A stretch of DNA of 44,222 bases from Bifidobacterium breve (GTDB taxonomy: Bacteria; Actinomycetota; Thermoleophilia; Gaiellales; F1-60-MAGs149), in the NCBI GenBank assembly GCA_945861955.1, contig CAMAWJ010000002.1, positions 1 to 44,222 of the forward strand, given 5' to 3'. The translations under genes and the position numbers were made by a program. Below are positions 11,107 to 19,018 of this stretch, one piece after another. The number at the start of each line of letters is the position of its first letter. The first letter of the stretch is position 1. The notes beneath the pieces were generated by a model. It was given only the letters and a program-made list of their open reading frames with translations, made no database searches and was not told the origin of the DNA.

Positions 11107-13377
11107 CTAGCGGTTGATCGTGTCCCAGACGCGGTTCGGCGTCATGGGCAACTCGTGCACGTGCGTGCCGATCACCTTGGCGATGGCATTGCCGATCGCG
11201 GCGAGTGTCGGGACGCTCGGCGGCTCTGCAATGCCCTTGACGCCGCTCGGACCACCATCGGTAGCCGCTGGGCCGACGAAGGCGATCTGGATTGGTGGGA
11301 TATCCGCAGCCGTCTGCAGCTTGTACTCCAACAGACCAGCGTTGAGGATGAGGCCGTCTTCCGAGATCTTCGAGCCCTCGAGGAGCGCCTGGCCGATGCC
11401 CATCACGACACCGCCCTCGATCTGGCCCTCAGCACCAAGCGGGTTGATGATCGTGCCCGAGTCGTGTGCGGCGGCAACACCGAGCACGCGCACGACGCCG
11501 GTTTCGCGATCGACCTTCACGTGGGCGGCGTGGCAGAAGAAGGTGGGGGCAACCCACGACTCCATACCCATCCGGCCGACACAGGCCGAGCCCTCGACCT
11601 CGGGAGCAGCTGGAACATCGCCCGAGCCGGTCGCGAGCAGCTGGTCGCCACCCGTGGCCTCGCCGGCCAAGTCGACGATGCTGACGTTCTTATCGGGGGA
11701 ACCCTTGACACGCACGAGGCCGTCGGCAACTTCGAGGTCGCCCACGGAAGCCTCGAGCCGCTCGGACGCCATTTCGAAGAGGCGGGTCTTGATCACGTTG
11801 GCAGCGGCAACGACAGCACGACCGTTGTTGAAGGTCGTCTGCGAACCGGAGGCACCCATGTCGTACGGGCCAGCCTCGGTGTCCTGATAGACGATCGAGA
11901 AGTTCTCGGGCTGCATGCCGAGCACGTCGGCAGCGAGGCGGGGAAGCGCCATTACGGCACCCGATCCACATTCCATCGCTCCGGTGATGATCGTGGCGGA
12001 GCCGTCGCCGTTGAACTTGATGTACGCACCCGACGAGGCACCGAAAGACGGCCACCAGCCGATTGCCATGCCGATTGCTTCGTCCTCGGGCAGCTCCTTG
12101 CCGTAGCCGAGCATCTCGGCGGCAGCATCAAGGCACTGCGGGGCGCCATGCGGGTCGAGGATCTGGCCGGAGACCGTTGCGTCGCCGTCCTGCACCACAT
12201 TCTTGCGGCGCAGCTCGAGCGGGTCCATGCCGAGTGCCTTGGCAATCACGTCCATGTGCTGCTCGAGCGCCCAGTTGACCTGCGGCGCCGTAGGAGCGCG
12301 CACCGAGCCGGAAGGCTGATGGTTCGTGTAGACGATGCGGGCTTCGATATCGCAGCTTGGGATGCGGTACGGTCCGGCTGCGTGCATGGCGGCAAGCTGA
12401 GGGAAAAAGCCACCGTCGGCGGTATAGGCACCATTGTCGATCAGGATCGTGCCGCGACGGCCGGTAATCGTGCCGTCACGCTTGACGCCCGTCTCGAGGG
12501 TGATGACCATGCCCTCGCGACGATGGTCGGGTGCGATGAACTCCTCGCGGCGCGAGAAGACCAGCTTGGTCGGGCGCTTCGCCTTGCGGGCGACAGCGGC
12601 GACGTGTGCCTCGAAGTGGAACTCGCACTTGCCACCAAAGCCACCGCCAAGGTGGGGGACGATCACGCGCACGGCGTTCTCGGGCATCTCGAGCGTGTGG
12701 GCGACACCAGCGCGGGCGTTAAACGGCACCTGCGTCGAGGACCAGATCGTGACTTGATCGCCATGCCACTCGGCAATAATCGCGCGTGGCTCGATCGGGG
12801 CGGCGTGCTGCATGTCGGCGACGTAGCGACCACTGATGACGGTGTCGGCCTCGGCCATACCCTTGTCGATATCGCCGAAGACGAGCGTGGAACGACCTGC
12901 ATCGTTACGGTCGCGCACGATGTCAGAGGAGTCGCCGTACGACTCCCAATCGGGGTGCACGAGTGGGGCGCCCGGGGCAGCCGACTCTTCGATGTCGTTC
13001 ATCACCGGCAGGGGCTCAATGTCGACCTCGATCAGGTCGAGCGCAGCCTGCGCAACGGCGGGCGTGGTGGCGGCGACGGCTGCGATGATCTCGCCCTCGA
13101 AGCGCACCCACTCGCGTGCGAATAGGCGACGGTCTTGGATGTACGGACCGTGCTGAAGGTCGGGGACGTCGGCGTGCGTGACGACGGCGAACACGCCGGC
13201 GAGAGCCTCGGCCTTGCTGGTGTCGAGACGCGTGATGCGACCATTGGCGATGCCGGCATAGAGGAACTTGCAGTGCGTCATGCCAGCGAGCTGCATGTCT
13301 GCCGTGTAGCGACCGAGACCGGTCACCTTGTCCTTGCCATCTTGGCGTTTAAACGTCCTACTCTCGACAACGGCCAT
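11107..13377 (-). CDS. Xanthine dehydrogenase / aldehyde oxidase family molybdopterin-binding (large) subunit
   Basis: 756 aa. N-terminal KRQDGKDKVTGLGRYTAD hammerhead-domain signature, GGGFGGK, and a typical length. GGGAGGG RBS upstream of the start. No CODH-type AYRCSFR motif seen, so the substrate is unknown. Confidence 0.92.
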   Translation of the reverse strand: MAVVESRTFKRQDGKDKVTGLGRYTADMQLAGMTHCKFLYAGIANGRITRLDTSKAEALAGVFAVVTHADVPDLQHGPYIQDRRLFAREWVRFEGEIIAAVAATTPAVAQAALDLIEVDIEPLPVMNDIEESAAPGAPLVHPDWESYGDSSDIVRDRNDAGRSTLVFGDIDKGMAEADTVISGRYVADMQHAAPIEPRAIIAEWHGDQVTIWSSTQVPFNARAGVAHTLEMPENAVRVIVPHLGGGFGGKCEFHFEAHVAAVARKAKRPTKLVFSRREEFIAPDHRREGMVITLETGVKRDGTITGRRGTILIDNGAYTADGGFFPQLAAMHAAGPYRIPSCDIEARIVYTNHQPSGSVRAPTAPQVNWALEQHMDVIAKALGMDPLELRRKNVVQDGDATVSGQILDPHGAPQCLDAAAEMLGYGKELPEDEAIGMAIGWWPSFGASSGAYIKFNGDGSATIITGAMECGSGAVMALPRLAADVLGMQPENFSIVYQDTEAGPYDMGASGSQTTFNNGRAVVAAANVIKTRLFEMASERLEASVGDLEVADGLVRVKGSPDKNVSIVDLAGEATGGDQLLATGSGDVPAAPEVEGSACVGRMGMESWVAPTFFCHAAHVKVDRETGVVRVLGVAAAHDSGTIINPLGAEGQIEGGVVMGIGQALLEGSKISEDGLILNAGLLEYKLQTAADIPPIQIAFVGPAATDGGPSGVKGIAEPPSVPTLAAIGNAIAKVIGTHVHELPMTPNRVWDTINR

Positions 13378-13452
13378 GGAGGCCCTCCCTCACTGTGCGA
13401 ACCGAATTGGCTACATCCTAACGGTGCGGGGCGGCGAGTGCGAGTCTGTGCG

Positions 13453-14019
13453 CTACGGCCAGCGCTCGAGGGCTGGTGCCATGCCCTCAACGATGATCGT
13501 CACGGCACAGCGAGCAGCCTCAGCGGCGAGCGCTGCGGGGTCTTCATCGGCCTCGAACGGCGACAGCACGTAGGCGGCAACATCGCGTTGATCACCCTTG
13601 CCGGGACGACCAACACCGCAGCGCACACGGAAGAAGGCAGGCGAGCCGAGCGCGTCGGCCAGCGAGCGCAACCCGTTGTGGCCCTTGAGGCCGCCACCGT
13701 CACGGGCACGGACGACGCCTGGCTCGAGCTCGATGTCGTCGTAGATCACGATGATCTCGTCGAGCGGCAACTTGAGGTCATGGACGCAGGCGCCGACCGA
13801 CCGGCCCGAGTCGTTCATAAACGTTTCGGGTGCGAGCACGCCGACGGCCACCTCGCCGAGACGAACTTCGGCATAGCGACCGTTGTACTTGTCCTTGGTC
13901 TTGGCACCCTGTTCTGAGAGCAACGCGTCGACGGCCATCCAGCCAATGTTGTGGCGCGTCCGGGCGTACTTCGAACCAGGGTTGCCGAGCCCAACGATCA
14001 GGGCGTCGACGTAGCCCAT
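13453..14019 (-). CDS. pth: Peptidyl-tRNA hydrolase
   Basis: LIVGLGNPGSKYARTRHNIGW N-terminal Pth signature with the catalytic His. 188 aa. Located directly downstream of rplY. Confidence 0.95.
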   Translation of the reverse strand: MGYVDALIVGLGNPGSKYARTRHNIGWMAVDALLSEQGAKTKDKYNGRYAEVRLGEVAVGVLAPETFMNDSGRSVGACVHDLKLPLDEIIVIYDDIELEPGVVRARDGGGLKGHNGLRSLADALGSPAFFRVRCGVGRPGKGDQRDVAAYVLSPFEADEDPAALAAEAARCAVTIIVEGMAPALERWP

Positions 14020-14025
14020 TTGAAT

Positions 14026-14715
14026 CTACTCGCTGGAGTCGTCGCCCGGAGAGTCGTCGCCAGACGCCTCTCCGGCATCGTCGCCCTCGCCGACGAGCGG
14101 AACCTCGCCCTCGGCACCCTCTTCGCCCTCGGTTGTCGCCTCGGACAGGGCGGCACGCGTGACGACACAGGAGCAGACGACAGCGTCGGGATCGCCAGCG
14201 AACTCGTAGCCCGTTCCGGCTGTCAGGTCGCGGATATGAATCGAGTGAGCGATGCGCAGTTCGGTGATGTCGACAACGATCTCAGTCGGCATCGCGCCCG
14301 GCAGAGCAATCACGAGGATCTCGTGCAGCGAATGCTCGATCATGCCGCCGTCGAGCTTGATGCCGTCGGCCTCGCCGACCAGATGCACTGGCACGGGGGC
14401 GGTGATCTTCTCGGTCATCGAGATGGCAATCAGGTCGATGTGCGTGACACGATCACGGACACGATCGATCTCCATCGCCTTGAGAATCGCGTTGACGGGC
14501 TTGTCCTCACCATCGATCACGAGCGAGAGAATCGCGTTGCGACCAGCCTCGCCCATCATCGCGGAGCGCAACTTGACGCGCTCGATCTGGAATGGCAACG
14601 GCTCGCGGCCCTGACCGTACAACACACCAGGAATCACGTCCTGCTTGCGCAGACGCTGGTTCTCGCGCGTCGATGCTGCCTTGCGCTTGGTGATGGTGAG
14701 TGTGGTGTCCGACAT
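14026..14715 (-). CDS. rplY: 50S ribosomal protein L25 / general stress protein Ctc form
   Basis: MSDTTLTITKRKAASTRENQRLRKQDVIPGVLYG is an L25 N-domain, followed by a Ctc-type C-domain and an acidic tail. The start is taken at CAT 14713..14715; the ORF-track extension to 14778 is rejected. Confidence 0.92.
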   Translation of the reverse strand: MSDTTLTITKRKAASTRENQRLRKQDVIPGVLYGQGREPLPFQIERVKLRSAMMGEAGRNAILSLVIDGEDKPVNAILKAMEIDRVRDRVTHIDLIAISMTEKITAPVPVHLVGEADGIKLDGGMIEHSLHEILVIALPGAMPTEIVVDITELRIAHSIHIRDLTAGTGYEFAGDPDAVVCSCVVTRAALSEATTEGEEGAEGEVPLVGEGDDAGEASGDDSPGDDSSE

Positions 14716-14786
14716 GTCAGTTTCGCTCCAGTGAGGTGCGCGGCGCAGTGTACGCGAGGGTGGCGCGCTGTGCGCCATCCGGGGTG

Positions 14787-15563
14787 CTAGCGACCGGTTG
14801 TCGTTCCTGCGCCGCCGTTGCCACCATTGCCACCGTTACCACCAGTGCCGCCCACGGAGCCCATGTTGCCACCAATTGTGGCGCTGAACAGCGACGGGAC
14901 CGGCGTACCACTGGAACCTGTCACGGGTTTGCCCGAACCAGCCATCGTGGCGAGCGTGCCAGCCTGAGCCTGCGCCTTATGGGCACTGATCTGCGCCTTC
15001 ACGTTCGCTGCACTTCCGCCCAGCCCGGAGAGGTACTTGCCAAACAGCTTCTGCGTCGACTTCGACGGGCTGACGGTCGAGCCGACAAAGGCGATCACCT
15101 CTCTCTTACCCGTGATCGAGTGGACCGCGTTGAACTGGAGCAGGCCACTGGTGATGGTGGCGTAGGCCCCCGTACCTGCGGTCAGTATGCCGACGCCCGT
15201 GAAGGTCAGGTGCAGGCGCGTCTGAGCGTACGTCGATGCTGCCAAGCCACTGACGGTGCCGAGGCTGTTGGTGATCGTGAAGGTCGTCTCGGCAACACCG
15301 GCCTTGGGGTGCAGCGTGTAGGTCAGCTTGATCGTGCCGGAGCCGATTGGGCTGCCTTGGACGGTGCCTTCATCGTTGAGCACGGTTGGGCTGGTAATCG
15401 AGGCGAGGTGCGTCTTGCCGAGGATGATCACGCCAGCACCCTTGGTCGGTGCAGTTGCCTGCATAAGGCCACCAGTGGCGCCCGCAAAGGCAGGCAGAGC
15501 GAGCAGGGCGAGACTGACGCCCGAGAGGACGGCGATGGTACGCAGCGGAGTGATGGAAGGCAT
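14787..15563 (-). CDS. Secreted hypothetical protein with a Gly/Asn-rich C-terminal tail
   Basis: 258 aa from CAT at 15561..15563, with an AGGAG RBS overlapping the upstream sulfatase stop. Signal peptide MPSITPLRTIAVLSGVSLALLALPAFA (no lipobox Cys). C-terminus GGNMGSVGGTGGNGGNGGNGGAGTTTGR. The ORF-track extension to 15845 is rejected. Confidence 0.7.
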   Translation of the reverse strand: MPSITPLRTIAVLSGVSLALLALPAFAGATGGLMQATAPTKGAGVIILGKTHLASITSPTVLNDEGTVQGSPIGSGTIKLTYTLHPKAGVAETTFTITNSLGTVSGLAASTYAQTRLHLTFTGVGILTAGTGAYATITSGLLQFNAVHSITGKREVIAFVGSTVSPSKSTQKLFGKYLSGLGGSAANVKAQISAHKAQAQAGTLATMAGSGKPVTGSSGTPVPSLFSATIGGNMGSVGGTGGNGGNGGNGGAGTTTGR

Positions 15564-15574
15564 TGTCAGATCTC

Positions 15575-17185
15575 CTAGAGCGGCTGCAAACGGGTGGACT
15601 TGATCGTCTGCAACTTCCTCATTAGTCGCAAGAACTGCACGTCTTGGGCAGGCGTTCGGTCGTACGAGGCATGCGCGATGTTGACGGTCTCGAGCGGATC
15701 GGTCTTGAGGTCGTACATCTCGAACTCGCTCGGCACATCGCCCGTTGCATCGTAGTACTCGGCGAACTTCCAGCGCTTCTCGCGAAACGAGACGATGTGC
15801 TGCGGCGGTGGGATGTACGGCCCGCTGGCCTGGCCAGACTGCCAATCGTCATAGGTGAAGATGATCTCGCTCTGGACCGGCTTGCTCTTCGGGTTGAGCA
15901 CGATCGACGAGTAGTCGACGCCCTCCCACGGTGCCTGCGCGGCGCTTGGTGCGCTAAAGAGGTTGGCAATCGTCGGCAGAAAGTCGACGTGCGAGACGAG
16001 CGCGTCACTACGCACGGGGCGCTTGTAGAGGTTCGGGTTCGAGTAGATCAGCGGAACGTTGATCGCCTCTTCGTAGAAGTTGAAGTTCTTCTGGCGCATC
16101 CCACCATGGGCAACGCCGAGTTCGCCGTGGTCAGCCGTCTTGATCACGAGCGTATTGCCGAGCAGATTCTGGTTGGTCAGAGCACCGAGAATGTTGACGA
16201 GGTAGGCGTCCGACGACTTCATCAGGTTGCCGTAGAAGTTGATGTAGTTGCGCTTCTTCCTGGCCGTGTTGAGTACGCCGAGGCCGGCTGAGAGCTTGAG
16301 GAAGATCTGCTGCGCACGCGGCTTGGTCGAGAGGTCTTCATTGACGGTGGCTGGCAGGCCAATGTCGCCTTCGATCCACGTGGTGTCGTAGCCGGAGTCC
16401 TTCAGGCTCTTCGGATACTCGAGGACATCGTGCGGATTGACGAGCGAGACGATCAGGAAGAACGGCTGCTGCGTCGCGGCATACGAGTTGAGGAACTGCA
16501 GAGCGCCTTCGTTACCGTCGGTGTAGTTCGACGTCTGGCTGCCCATAAAGCGCGCGTCATTCTGCGCAGTGCCGCCACCCATCTCGGGGAAGCTCTGGTT
16601 GGCTCCGGCATCGTCCGGGTTCCAGCGATTGAAGGAGTAGGCGTTGAGGTCGGCCGACGTCCATTCGGCACCGGCGGGCTTGCTGCAGTGCCACTTGCCC
16701 TTGTAGACCACGGTGTAGCCGGCGGCCGACATGACCGTCGCGATGTTCGCGAGGCTGGTCGAGAGCGGTACCTGATCGGGATACGTCGGATAGGGCATGT
16801 TCGACTCGAGCGTGTACTTGACGCCGTGCTGTGCGGGGAAGTAGCCGGACATCAGCGTCGAGCGAGCTGGCGAGCACATGCAGGCGTTCGTAAAGGCGTT
16901 GGTGAACGTCAGTCCGTGGCGCTGGAGCTGCGTCATGCCCGGCATGTTCTTCTGTGCCCAACCGATTGGAAAGTGCTGGATGGCGCGCTCTTGGTCGGTG
17001 ATGAACATCACGACGTTCATGCCCTTGAGGGTGGTCGGAGCGGGCTGCTTGGCCGCCTCAGCCACGCCAGGCAGGCCCAGTAGTCCACCGAGACCAAGCG
17101 CGCCAGCGGCAGCGGCGGTGCGCGCCAAAAAGCTCTGACGATCGATGGCGGTGGCGTCGAACTCGGCGTCGTTATGCTCAGTCAT
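15575..17185 (-). CDS. Sulfatase family protein (Cys-type, exported), paralogue A
   Basis: NVVMFITDQ metal-site start, CxPxR formylglycine motif in NACMCSPARSTLMSG, C-terminal TADHGE, and a Tat-like signal DRQSFLARTAAAAGALGLGGLLGLPGVAEA. The start is taken at the conserved MTEH (CAT 17183..17185); the alternative GTG start is at 17206. Confidence 0.9.
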   Translation of the reverse strand: MTEHNDAEFDATAIDRQSFLARTAAAAGALGLGGLLGLPGVAEAAKQPAPTTLKGMNVVMFITDQERAIQHFPIGWAQKNMPGMTQLQRHGLTFTNAFTNACMCSPARSTLMSGYFPAQHGVKYTLESNMPYPTYPDQVPLSTSLANIATVMSAAGYTVVYKGKWHCSKPAGAEWTSADLNAYSFNRWNPDDAGANQSFPEMGGGTAQNDARFMGSQTSNYTDGNEGALQFLNSYAATQQPFFLIVSLVNPHDVLEYPKSLKDSGYDTTWIEGDIGLPATVNEDLSTKPRAQQIFLKLSAGLGVLNTARKKRNYINFYGNLMKSSDAYLVNILGALTNQNLLGNTLVIKTADHGELGVAHGGMRQKNFNFYEEAINVPLIYSNPNLYKRPVRSDALVSHVDFLPTIANLFSAPSAAQAPWEGVDYSSIVLNPKSKPVQSEIIFTYDDWQSGQASGPYIPPPQHIVSFREKRWKFAEYYDATGDVPSEFEMYDLKTDPLETVNIAHASYDRTPAQDVQFLRLMRKLQTIKSTRLQPL

Positions 17186-17255
17186 GGAGCGGAGTCTAGT
17201 GGGCACAACATTGTTGCGTCCGCCGGTAGTGAGCAGGAATGCTCTCGGAGTTGTC

Positions 17256-17283
17256 GGCTGAGACCACCCATGTGGTCTCAGCC
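17256..17283 (-). terminator. Hairpin GGCTGAGACCAC-CCAT-GTGGTCTCAGCC (12-bp stem) between the two sulfatase genes; extended outer stem 17235..17244 / 17284..17293
   Basis: Perfect 12-bp stem with a 4-nt loop. The outer 10-bp stem AGGAATGCTC/GAGCATTCCT overlaps the stop codon of paralogue B (17292..17294). There is no U-tract, so it may be a terminator, an attenuator or an mRNA-stability element. Confidence 0.45.
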
Positions 17284-17291
17284 GAGCATTC

Positions 17292-18941
17292 CTACGTCAG
17301 CGGCTGGAGTCGCGTCGACTTGATCCGCTGGAGCTTCAGGTACAGGCGCTTGAACTGCCGCTTCTGCGCGGGGGTCCGAGGGTACGACCTGTGGGCAATG
17401 TTGTCTCGCTCGAGTGGGTCGGTCAGTAGGTCGTACATCTCGAATTGGCTCGGCACGTTGCCGTCGGCGTCGTAGTACTCCGCAAACTTCCAGCGCTTCT
17501 CGCGGAACGAGACAATGTGTTGCGGCGGCGGAACGTACGGGCCCTGGTCCTGGCCGCACTGTGAGTCGTCATAGGTAAAGATGATCTCGTCCTGGACGGA
17601 CTTCGCATTGGGGTTGAGTACGAGCGACGAGTAGTCGACGCCTTGCCAGGCAGCCTTTGCCGAGTCCGGCGCGCTGAAGAGGCTGGCGAGGGTTGGCAGC
17701 AGGTCGATGTGCGACACCAGCGCGTCGGTCTGGAAGGCGCGCTTGTACAGCTTCGGGCTCGACCAAATCATCGGAATCCGAATCGTCTCTTCGTAGAAGT
17801 TGAAGCTCTTCTGGATCATGTTGCCGTGGGTGAGCCCCATCTCGCCGTGGTCGGACGTGCGGATGATCACGGTGTTGTCGAACAGGGTCTCGCCATATTT
17901 CGAACCGTTCTTGGGCCTCTGTTTTGCCCCCTTGAGCGCAGCGATCACGTTGACGAGGTACTCGTCGGCCCACTTGATCAGATTGCCGTAGAAGTTGAGG
18001 TAGTTGAGCTTCTTCTGGCGCGTATTAATCGGACCGAGTGCCATCGAGAGCTTTTGAAAGAAGGCCTGCGCATTGGGCTTCGTCGAGAGATCCTCATCGT
18101 TGGTGACCGGTATCCGCATGTCGCCTTCCAGCCACACGTCGCTGTAGCCAGCCTTCGTGAAGTTGTTCGGATAGGCCAGCACGTCGTGCGGATTGACGAG
18201 CGAGATGATCAGGAAGAACGGCTTCTCTTTTGCCGCATCGGAGCGAATGAACTGCAGGATGCCTTCGTTGCCGTCCGTGTAGTCATCGGTCTCCGCACCC
18301 ATGTAGCGCGCGTCGTTCTGCGCTTGGCCACCACCCATCTCGGGGATGCTCTGGTCGGCGCCCGCGTCGTCGGGATTCCACCGCTGCCAACCGTAGGCCT
18401 GTAGGTCGGCAGGCGTCCACTTGCCAGCAGCCGGGTTGTACTTACTGATGTGCCACTTGCCCTTGTAGATCACCTGATAACCGGCCGCCGTCATGACGGT
18501 GGCGATGTTGGTGAGGTTCGTCGAGAGCGGAATCTGCGTCGGGTAGTCCTCGACTGGCATGCCCTCTTCGAGCGTGGCCGTGACGTTGTGCTGCGCCGGA
18601 AAGAGTCCAGTCATCAGCGTGGCGCGGGCGGGCGAGCACATGCACGCGTTCGTGAACGCGTTGTTAAACGTGATGCCGTTCTTCTGGAGCGACGTGAAGC
18701 CCGGCAGATTCTTCTGTGCCCAACCAATTGGGAAGTGCTGTGTCGCACGCTCTTGGTCGGTGATGAACATCACGACGTTCATGCCGTTGAGGTTGCGCGC
18801 TGCCTTGGTTTCGGCCCCCGCAATGCCAGGCAGGCCGACGAGGCCGCCGAGGCCAAGGGCACCCGCGGCCGCTGCGGTACGGGCGAGGAAGCTCTGTCGG
18901 TTGATGCCGGGGGCTTCGTCGAGATCAGTGTGTTCGGTCAT
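17292..18941 (-). CDS. Sulfatase family protein (Cys-type, exported), paralogue B
   Basis: 549 aa from the conserved MTEH start (CAT 18939..18941). It has the same motifs as paralogue A (NVVMFITDQ, NACMCSPARATLMTG, TSDHGE) and the Tat-like signal NRQSFLARTAAAAGALGLGGLVGLPGIAGA. The 735-aa ORF-track version is rejected: its extension is Arg-rich and overlaps prs. Confidence 0.9.
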   Translation of the reverse strand: MTEHTDLDEAPGINRQSFLARTAAAAGALGLGGLVGLPGIAGAETKAARNLNGMNVVMFITDQERATQHFPIGWAQKNLPGFTSLQKNGITFNNAFTNACMCSPARATLMTGLFPAQHNVTATLEEGMPVEDYPTQIPLSTNLTNIATVMTAAGYQVIYKGKWHISKYNPAAGKWTPADLQAYGWQRWNPDDAGADQSIPEMGGGQAQNDARYMGAETDDYTDGNEGILQFIRSDAAKEKPFFLIISLVNPHDVLAYPNNFTKAGYSDVWLEGDMRIPVTNDEDLSTKPNAQAFFQKLSMALGPINTRQKKLNYLNFYGNLIKWADEYLVNVIAALKGAKQRPKNGSKYGETLFDNTVIIRTSDHGEMGLTHGNMIQKSFNFYEETIRIPMIWSSPKLYKRAFQTDALVSHIDLLPTLASLFSAPDSAKAAWQGVDYSSLVLNPNAKSVQDEIIFTYDDSQCGQDQGPYVPPPQHIVSFREKRWKFAEYYDADGNVPSQFEMYDLLTDPLERDNIAHRSYPRTPAQKRQFKRLYLKLQRIKSTRLQPLT

Positions 18942-19018
18942 GCGGCCCAACATACCAGCGAGCCACACTCGACACCAAGCCCCCGGTACGCCGATGTAAG
19001 GGTGCCCACGTGGGGCGA

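Noticed and set aside
11155-13125. 656-aa ORF antisense to the molybdopterin subunit gene (mirror 31098..33068)
   Set aside because: This is a shadow ORF opposite a confidently identified gene, with the same high-GC antisense composition. It has no start context or recognisable motif.
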